The translations under genes were made by a program, and so were the position numbers. A stretch of 64,000 nucleotides of DNA from Amoebidium appalachense (Eukaryota; Protista; Ichthyosporea), in assembly GCA_963693365.1 (NCBI GenBank), contig CAVNZM010000004.1:1609449-1673448 (forward strand), given 5' to 3'. The first letter of the stretch is position 1; each line of letters starts with the position of its first letter. Positions 54,296 to 64,000 of the stretch are shown in pieces. Under the pieces are notes generated by a model that saw only the letters and a list, made by a program, of their open reading frames with translations, had not been told where the DNA came from and ran no database searches.

Positions 54296-54822
54296 GGAGC
54301 ACCGACAAAGGCAGAGCCAGGGTGAGGGATGTGTAAACATGGAGTTTAGGGAGATCGTGCTGCTATTGTAACATGTGTACAAAACAGCCACGTGCGCCAC
54401 ACTCCGGTGTACAGAATAATAATATGCACATGCGTCACTGTGATACCTTATATGCACATGCCGCACAAGGTTTAGGAGACCACCACAGTAGAGACTATTT
54501 TCTTTTGGTTGATATCCATGTAGGAATGGTGTGTTGCAATTGTCATGATCAGCCTGAGGCAGGCACGTGCACTCACATGATAATTACTAGAACTCATGAA
54601 TAAAAAATACATTCGGTAAAAATGGCAAGGTAAATTTGGGGTCAGGTTATCCCCCTTTTTAAAACGTTTTTTTGGCTCCAAGAATTTCGAAGCCAAAATA
54701 TCTATATTTGGCTATCGTATATGATAATGAACACGTGCACTTAAAGTAGTTATATAAATATGAACGGCCCGTTACAAATACAGTGACCAAAAACAGTGAC
54801 CCACTGGCAGTTTTTCTTTTTA

Positions 54823-54871
<49 letters not shown>

Positions 54872-56125
54872 CCACACACACACACACCAGACGCACACAC
54901 CACCACCACGGTGACCACCACCACCACCACCACCATCATCACCACTCCCCCCCCCCCAAAAAAACCACACACATACGTGCACGTGTACACACACACACAC
55001 AGAACACCACCACCACCTCCACTGGACCCCATTTCCTCGTTGTTTTCTTAAGCCTACAGACCAGTCCTGTACACTGGAGTTTAAAATTGAATTCACCTAG
55101 GCTGACATGCATCCACCCCCCGCCTTCCACTTCCCCTCCCCCCCCCCCCCCCCCCCCACCCACCCACCCACCCCCCCCACCCCCACCCCCTCCCCCTCAA
55201 TGAAGAAGGGCCCCCGTAAGCCTTGGGGGGGGGGGGGGGGGGGGGGGAGGGGGAGCTCTCGAGCCTCCTGGTAGGGAAGTGGGGTCCGGGGATCCGGAGA
55301 GGGGGGGGGAAGGGGCATATAATATTGGGCCTAGATATCATAGTATGGGGCCCCGGGGAGGGAGGGGGTGGGAGGGGGGGGGGGGGGGGGGGGGGGTGGA
55401 GGATCCACGGGAAAGACCTTTAGGTGCATGTTCTTATTTATAACCCCCTTCGAATCATCCCCCCCCCCCCCCCCCCCCCCCCACCTCCCCCCTGAGTGCA
55501 GGCCGTGACGTAGCTACGGTAACCCTGCCGAAGGCAACAAAAATTCATTAATTACTAGCACTGTACATGTGTTCACGGTGCAACTTGCACCACCTATGAT
55601 CTCAGCAACTTTAAAGTAGTCACAAAGTTTAGTTATTTTCCTTATTTTCATTGCTCTGAACTCTATCACTCTGAAACGATCACCGTGCATGTGCCGCAAG
55701 ATAACAACCCTATATGTGTGCAACTGCAGCCTGCAGGTTAGACTCGCTGAAAAGACAATTGTCAGTGTGCATCCGACGCTTGCAGCGGCAGCTAGCCTCT
55801 GCAACATTAATACTTGCCAAGTGAATGCTCGTACACTTGATCATCATTCACTCAAAAAACCGAGGACCGACAGATTAAATATTAATGTCGATCCGAATGA
55901 TCAGCAAGTGTCTACCGTGTACTACTATACACACACACACGTTAAAAAGCGAAGCTATCAGTTACAAGGCACACCTGCTGCACTGGCACACACACACATA
56001 CACACCGGCAGATACTGTCAAAATTTACTTTCATGTACTTCCTCGGTCCGACACAGGTGCACATGAACACGTACATATGTACAAGCCGTGCCACACACCA
56101 CACCACAGATACACACACAGACACA

Positions 56126-56237
<112 letters not shown>

Positions 56238-56247
56238 CACGCACACG

Positions 56248-56312
<65 letters not shown>

Positions 56313-56710
56313 CACTGGGTGCGCTCGCTGGATATTAGTTTTTTGGCACACTGTTGACTTTATCGTGTGTTTATTACTTGCTATTTATTGGCCAGCGGCC
56401 AACATTTATAAATATATGATACCTAAAAATAAATACTGACTGCGGCCAGCAGACATTATTCACCTTCCAGGACACATTAACACCAGTAGTCTAACACACC
56501 ATACTCTCAATCACAAAGAATTACTAACAAACAGAGAAAAGTGCAATGGCTCTGTACTATTACTCAGATTTTAAAAATTAATTCTTAACAGTAAACTTCG
56601 GAATGAAAGCCTGCCCCCCCCCCCCCCCCAACATGACTGTACGAAGAACACGTATAACTTGAACCGCTACAACACATATGAGATCCGTTACATTGGTGTA
56701 CATTCCAATA

Positions 56711-57320
56711 TTAGACACTAGTTTGGCTACTCTGACTACACTGAGATCCTGATTGGCTGCCTAGGCCTCCAGACTTGCGGCCACGATTACTTTGCTTTCG
56801 ATCGTGCCATTGCAGCTGCGTCTCTCCAGCAGGTGGCAACGGCAGGCCCAGCACAGCAGATGCACGAGAAGGGGGTGGGAACTGCCCACCAGCCGAGGGC
56901 TGGCCCACATGGCCCAAGTAAGGATGGGGACCGTGCTGCGGCAGTAGCCCAGGCATGGGGAAGGCAGGCCGGGCTGAGGCGGCATGATGCCCCACGGTGG
57001 GGGCCAGCCCTGTGGGTGGTGCGGGCCTGGATGGGGTGCAGGGGGCATGTGCGGCACATGGCCCTGCTGCATGTCAAGCGGAGGTGCTGGTGGCATGGCA
57101 TCCTGATTGGCTGCAACCCAACGTGGGCAGCTCTTGGCCCGATTGGAGCCGGGGCAGCCCTTGCCCTGGCGGCCACACGCAGGTCTCGGGGGCTCTCTGG
57201 GGTGGCTGCATAGGAGGGGGCACCGGCAAATCCATCTGCAGGGGCCACTCAGGCTTAATGTCGCGATGCTTCTTGCCCACACGCATGGGCAAGGGCCGCT
57301 CACGCTGCGCCTCTGCTCTC
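56711..57320 (-). pseudogene. Possible decayed Pro/Gln/Gly-rich coding fragment
   Basis: GC-rich, repeat-free island; Pro-rich peptide seems to continue across three frames (DLPVPPPMQPPQ / MPPAPPLDMQQGHVPHMPP / FPMPGLLPQHGPHP). No domain recognised. Confidence 0.3.
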
Positions 57321-57324
57321 TGCC

Positions 57325-57358
<34 letters not shown>

Positions 57359-57518
57359 TGTGGTTGGCTACTTTGTCAGTGTTGTTCATGGTGGCGACTT
57401 CTCCGCCTCCATTTTTCAAGCTTTCTCCTTGTTTCCCCCTCTTCCCGAAGTTTTTTCCTGGCCGGTGTGTGTGTGTGGTGTTGTAGTGGGTGGGTAGGTT
57501 TTTTTTTTTTTTTTTTCT

Positions 57519-57561
<43 letters not shown>

Positions 57562-58545
57562 GGTCTTCTTTTTTTTTTCCTGGTGGTGGTGGTGGTGCTG
57601 GTGTGTGCGTGCGCGTGTGTTGTGGTGGTGGATGGGTGGGTGTACATGTTGAAGGGGGGGGGGGGGGGGGGGGGGGGGGAAGGGGGGGGGGGAGGTGGAG
57701 AGGGGGGAGGAGGGGTGGGCTCTTCTTTATTTTCCTAATGGTGATGGTGGTGGTAGTGTGTGTGTGGGTGCATGTGCGCCCGTGTGTGATGGTGGTGGGT
57801 GGATGGGTGTTCCCGTGTGTGATGGTGGTGGGTGGTGGGTGTTTAAAAGTTGGGGGGGAGAGGGGGGGGAGGTGAGGATGGCTAGCGGCCGGCTCCAGAC
57901 TACACCTGTACATGAGCACACAGAGTTTGACGAGGCTCCTGTACACTGACGTAGTCATCAATTTCAGATATCTGACTCGTAAAGGAGACCAGCAACCCTT
58001 TTTATTTCAGGTTCGTAAGCGGACATGCTATCCCATTACACACATGTTAAATTCTAATTTACACTGAGATAAGTGCCATATACAGGATACTTCTATATAT
58101 AACGGGCGACAGCGTACCCAGCGCAAGAGTCTTGTGGCAATATAGGTAGATGATTGGTAGATAATGCTTTAGGGCTTAAATTGCCCAGGCACAGATTTCA
58201 CAACAGAACTAATTGTGATATGGGCAAAATGTGTTGCTAGTTTGCACCGTGGCTGGATAAGTCTGCCTTTACACACCAGCCAACTAAACAATGGTAAAGG
58301 TGTACCTTTTAAGTGGGATGAGTCGAAAGACGGGATTTGGAAGGGGGGGGGGGGGGGAGGACTGGGAAGAGGAGGGAAAGGGGGGTCTGTGTGTTTGCTC
58401 AAGCAGCATTTGTTTACACAAGATGGTGTGTGGAATGGACAATTAGTATATGATGATATAAGAGATAAAAGGCCAATTATCGTTGTCATCAGTACAACGA
58501 AGTGCCGGAACAATCGTGTCACAGCAACCTGACAGGGAAAGACCA

Positions 58546-58592
58546 TCATCCCAAGCGCTTTTGGTTGGCTGTATATCTTTCCAAATACTGTG

Positions 58593-58651
<59 letters not shown>

Positions 58652-58781
58652 TGTACGCGCGCGTGCACGGTGTGTGTGTGTGTGTGTGTTTGTGTGTATG
58701 TATGTGTGTGTGTGTGTGTGTGTGCGCGTGTGTGTGTGTGCGCGCGCGCGTGTGCACGATGTGTGTGTGTAAGTGTGTGTT

Positions 58782-58853
<72 letters not shown>

Positions 58854-59715
58854 CGCGCACGCGCGCGCACGTGCGCGTGTGTGCTGTGCACGAGTATGTG
58901 TGCATGGCTAGTGTGGTGGTGTGTGGTGGTAGTGTCATGTGTGCATGAGGAAACACGGTTAGGCACCAATCCAAAGCAAACATGACAAAGTGAAACATGC
59001 AAACAATGGCGCAACTGGTCACCAAGAAAAAATGGTGCATGCTACAGTCGAATGGGATAAGCCATAATTGCTGCATTGCTCGTAGAAGTATTGAATGTGA
59101 TTCTGCTGAGAGGCTGTGCTATCTTTTTTTTTTTGATACCGCACGAAGGCGAGGGGAGGGCGGGGGGGGGGGGGGGGGGGGGGGGGGGGAAAGGGGGGGG
59201 GGGGGGGGGGTTGTAACAGTGATGGTAACAGTGGATGGTACAGGGGGAAGAAGGGAAGAAGGGGGTGGTGGTGAAGCACTCACACACACAAACGAACACC
59301 CACACAACCACTCTCCCTCCCCACTTCCTTTTCTTCCTCCCTAACTTTACCCCATCCTTCTTCCCCACCCTCAACCCCCCACCCACCTCCCTCGTCTCTC
59401 CTAGACCTCTCCCTTCCCCCCCCCCCCCCCCCCCCCCCCCCCGCCTCCATCCACCCCTCCCTCCCCTCGGAGTCCATCTCTCCTTTCCTCCCTCCTTCCT
59501 CCTCTTGCTCTCTTTTGAGGGGGAAGGAACCGCGGGGGGGGGGGGGGGGGGGGGGGGGGGGAGGGGAGGGACCGACCTTCTCATATGGGGGATGTTTGTT
59601 GAGTTCATCCAGACCCACCGGATTACCCTCTAATAGAAGTGAGTGCACACTACTGCCTGTGAGTAGGCGGTCGGGTAGGCCCGATAGGCTGATGCAGTTC
59701 TCACGCAGACGGAGA

Positions 59716-59779
<64 letters not shown>

Positions 59780-60771
59780 CACGGTGTGTATGTCGGAGGG
59801 GTGGTTGGGGTTGTGGTTGGGGGGAGGGGGGGGCGTTGTTAGAATGCATTACAGAGTAAGAAGTATACATTCAAGACGGCCTATAAATTGCAAATGTGCA
59901 AAGCACATGCAAAGAATATGTATGGAGTGCAGGAGGGGGTGGGGTGGGGTGGGGGGGGGAGGGGGGGGGGGGGGAGCTGAGCAGAGGAGAGTGCATATGT
60001 GTGTTTGGAAGCCTTCATGCGCGGGCGTGTGTGTTCGTGTGTGAATGTGTGTGCATGCAAGTGTAATTGTGTGTGTGCGTGTGTCTGTCTTCCTGTGTGT
60101 GTGTGCATTCGTGGTTAGGTGAATGTGCTCGCCTGTGTGCGTCGTGTGTTCACGAATGTCTCTATCTATGAGTGCCTCAGGAGGGGAGGGGGGGGAGGGG
60201 GACGGAGGCTCGTCCTGTAGAAGACATTCCAAAGAACAATAAATAGCTTGACCCCCTGCCGTGCATTCTTACACAGAAAAGAGAGTACGGAGAGGGAAAG
60301 AGCGGAAAAAGAAATTTTGTTTGTTAAAAAAGCAAAAGCAGAAGGAATGGGTGAAAGTGCGTGAGAAACAACCTCCCCCCCCCCCCCCAAAAAAAAAACA
60401 AAAACAAAAAAAAAAACCCAACCCCAACCCCCAACACAAACACAAGCAGACGCACAAAATCAACACGGGTCCACCCCGTAACCACCCTACAAACACACAC
60501 ACACACACCCCTCCCCCACACATACACAAATGCACATACACACACACACACACATGTACACACACACACACAAACACACAAACACACACACACACACACA
60601 CCCACACCCACGCCCGCACACCCACGCACGCCCACGCCCACCCACCCACCTTCAGGCGTGCCATGTCTGCCACAGCCTCATTCACACTGGCCAGTCGATT
60701 TCGGTCCAAGTCCAACTCCGTCACCTGTTTGAGCTGCCCTATCTCATCGGGAAGCACACTGCAACACACGG

Positions 60772-60812
<41 letters not shown>

Positions 60813-61290
60813 GAAAGAGAGGTAGAGAGACACACGGGGGGGAGGGGGGAGGGGGGAGGGGAAAGACGAGAAAGGTGGGGATTCAACCCGATTAGCACAA
60901 GCCAATAACTTTCCCGTAGACCACAACCACCCCATAGACTCCTGCCCTCAGACTCCAAGCACAAACACCGCAAATGCACCACACCATGCACTCCTCTTCT
61001 GTTCTTCCTTTTCAACCTCATGCCCTTTAATCGTCATCCTACTTAGCAATGCAGCCCTCCCCTCCACCCGCCCCCCCCCCACCCCCCCCCCCCTCCCCCC
61101 CCCCGAGGGCACACATGCCTTCTCCACCCCCACACATCTACTAACTACCATTGCAAACAAGCGCCGACACAACAACGAACATGCCATTCATCCTCCTCCC
61201 CCCCCCCCCTCCCCCCTCCCCCCTCTTCTCTTCCTCCCATCTGACACCCACCCATCCCATCATACAATCCCCCCCCCCCCCCCCCTTTTC

Positions 61291-61321
<31 letters not shown>

Positions 61322-61521
61322 AACTCTCCGACCCCCCGCCCACTCAAACTTTCCTCCCAATCCCCCTTCCAGTCGTCCTAACCCTCCCCCCCATCCACCC
61401 CCGCACCCACCCCCCTGCTTCTCCCTTCAAAAGCACACACTCACACTCACACACACTCACACACCTTTTTCTCCATCCCATTCACACCCACACCCACGTT
61501 TACTCAGCCACCCATACATCC

Positions 61522-61560
<39 letters not shown>

Positions 61561-63199
61561 ATTCTCACTTCCCGTCCCCCCCCCCCCCCCCCCTCCCCCC
61601 CTCCCCCCTCCCCCCTGCCTCAGGAAAACAATAATTATACAGTTTTTTTAAAAATTATCACAGCAGCACGACCGACCCACGCACCTTATCCTATTGGATG
61701 CCATCAACAACACCTCTAGTTTGCTGCAGCCACACACGGCCACGGGGAACGTCTCAAAAGCATTCTCCGCCAAATTTAGCGTTTTGAGTGACGTCAACTT
61801 TCCAAATGAGGAAGGTAGCGCCTTAAGGCCGTTTTTGTTTAAGGTAACAGACTCTAACTTGCTCAGATTACCGATTTGGTCTGGGAGTGAGCCTGTGGGA
61901 ATCGCAATGGGACACGTATGAGTTTTGGGGGGTTTCGAGTGTGAATGTGGTCGGTGGTATCAAAATAGGTGGTGGGAAAGGGAAATGTTATGAGATAATG
62001 ATAAAGTGGGAAGTAGGCAAACCCCCCTTTTTTTTTTTGGAAGGGGGGGGGGGGGGGGGGGGGAAGGGGGGTGGGAGGGGGGATAGATGGTTGGGGAGGG
62101 GAGGGGGGGGGGGGGGGGGGGGAGGGTAAATATGTTATTCACACCTCTCCTATCGAAATCGTTCTTTCGTTCCCTTCCTTATTATAGTGCAAAGGAGCGC
62201 CCACTCTCTTTTTTTTTCGCTTTTTTTTTTTTTTTTTTTTTTTTTTTTGGGGGGGGGGGGGGGGGGTTTGCATGTGTAGTGTAGTGGCGGAGCGCCTTGG
62301 GGGGAGGTTGGGGGGGGGGGGGGGGGGGGGGGGGGGCAATGTATAAGACCGCTAAGAGGAACAGAGATACAGGAAATATAGGTACAATATGTCAAGATAA
62401 CAAAGCAAACACAAACAAACAAAGAGCATGCCCCGCAATCAACCCCCCCACCCCACCCCCCCACCCCCCATCCCCTTCTCCATGTTCCGAGTTCATAAGA
62501 ATTGAGTTCTAATCCTTCCACATGAAAAACAAACAGGCATGAGAGGGGGGGACAGAAGGTGGAAAGGAACGGGAGGCTGGCTGTGTGAGCTGCCTCCGGG
62601 AAGGGAAGGGTGGTGGTGGTTGTGGCGGTGGTGGTGGTGGTGGCGGCGGGTGTGTGTGTGTGTTGGGGGGGGGGGGGGGGGGGGGAGATGTTGGTGCAGT
62701 AGACTAGGAGGGAAAGAGACGAGTGAACGAGGGGGCCAATAAAGATAGCCATTTTTGTGTGTGCTGTGTGTAAGATTTACAGACCAGTGGGAAAGGGGGG
62801 GGGAGGGGGGGGGGGGCTTAAAGGCAGATGAGGGAAAGTAGAACGAGAAAGTAGAACGGGGGTAGAGAATGACTATCTGGCTGGGGGGAGGGGGCACGGG
62901 GGGGGGGGGGGAGAGGCTGAGGGGGGAAGAGGGAGGGGGCGGGGGAAGGGGCAGCGGTGGTGGTGGGTGGTTGGGGGGGAAGGCGAGAGAGGGGTGAGAG
63001 GAGGGGAGTAGAGGAGGGAGGGGAGGGGGGGGGGGGGGGGGGGGAAGGGGGGCATCGTAATACCTAGCCTACAGTCAGTAAGGGTGAGGTTGCGCAAATT
63101 GACAAACTGACAGAAACTGTCGGGCAGTCTGGTCAGCCTGTTGCCTGATAGGTCCAGTGTCCTAAGTTTGTCCTTGAGGCTCCATAGCTCCTCGGGTAT
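58546..63199 (-). CDS. LRRC57: Leucine-rich repeat protein, LRRC57 orthologue (first exon(s) outside window)
   Basis: Phase-compatible exons 63199-63064 ([22 protein letters not shown]), 61892-61685 ([28 protein letters not shown]), 60758-60650 ([21 protein letters not shown]), 59717-59577 ([22 protein letters not shown]), 58587-58546 ([13 protein letters not shown]); the C-terminus resembles LRRC57 YMERFTATKKK. Confidence 0.85.
59835..59930 (-). repeat. Diverged reverse-strand copy of the ~120 bp intronic repeat, inside an LRRC57 intron
   Basis: Reverse complement reads catattctttgcatgtgctttgcac...tgaatgtatacttcttactctgtaatgcattctaacaacgcccccc, with poly(C) on both sides. Confidence 0.55.
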
Positions 63200-63254
63200 C
63201 TGCAGATGGGGTAAGGGGAAATGAGAACATGTTTTTTTTTTTTGTTTTTTTGTT

Positions 63255-63285
<31 letters not shown>

Positions 63286-64000
63286 GGACGGAGGGGACGG
63301 GGGGGGGGGGGGGGGGGGGAGGGGGAAAAAGGGAAGGGGAGGGGGGAGTCTTGTTTTCTTAATAACTTGCTTGCTAGGATTGTTTCTTTGTTTGCTTGTT
63401 TCATAATTCATCCTCATTTTTTATCCCCAGAGGGAGGCAGGGGTGGGGGGAGGGGGTGTTGGGGAGGAGGGGGGGGGGGGGAGGGGGGGGGGGGGGGATA
63501 TATAATCTTGCCAACATTTAGCTCTTTTGTGCACAACATGGGCACGGTGCTGCATCAGAAAAGGACGTGCACACAGTGTAAGTAGAGCCCAGTAGGGATG
63601 GCAAGGGATATTATCGCAGAGCGAGAATCATGGTTGTTAGAAAGAAAGGGACGAGGGTATGGGAGAGGAAAGGGGGTGGGGCGGGGGGAGAGAGGGGAGG
63701 GGGGTAGAGCAAGAGGCACCTGGAGAAGGAGGGGAGGGAACGTATCGAGGCATCAACAGTTTAATGCATCTCCACACACAAAGAGATCCTATCTAAAGTT
63801 TGTCTGCTGTCATTCCATTGCATGCATGTACACACAGAGAAGTGGTGTGATAATGAAGCGTGTCAGATGTGGAAGGACGCGCCAAAAAGAGATGGATGGG
63901 TAAGGGTGCACCTGTAGGCCGGCGAAAGGATAGGACAGCAACGGGAGCCTCGGAGATCGAGGCAGAAGGGAGGGAAGGGGACCAAGGGGGCAAGGTGGGG

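Noticed and set aside
55061-55507. Possible hAT-like MITE
   Set aside because: Candidate termini match poorly and no TSD was found.

Overview
Intron-dense eukaryotic DNA, probably from a unicellular opisthokont (inference from gene content). Introns are packed with poly(C)/poly(G), (CA)n/(TG)n and (GA)n tracts, so most ORFs in the supplied track are low-complexity artefacts. Host genes: (1) the 3' part of a + strand gene whose exons splice in frame from a KRE2/MNT1-type (GT15) mannosyltransferase into a METTL24/Methyltransf_22-like methyltransferase; (2) a ~32 kb RALGAPB orthologue with about 40 exons; (3) an intronless Vts1/Smaug-type SAM-domain gene; (4) most of an LRRC57 orthologue on the - strand. 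Mobile DNA: two near-identical full-length APE+RT non-LTR retrotransposons in inverted orientation (5754-10631 -, 49176-54053 +), a truncated, doubly deleted third copy inside a (CA)n tract, a relic of a second related LINE family, and a MITE with (CCCAAA)n TIRs. The most unusual signals: the LINE ends in GTAAA-C5-7 rather than poly(A), and its apparent 7-8 bp target-site duplications are offset from both ends by 9-17 nt of copy-specific sequence. A ~120 bp intronic repeat family shares the AAA-Cn end, sits between poly(C) tracts and is always sense to its host gene. Exon boundaries were read by eye and are approximate; no database searches were run.
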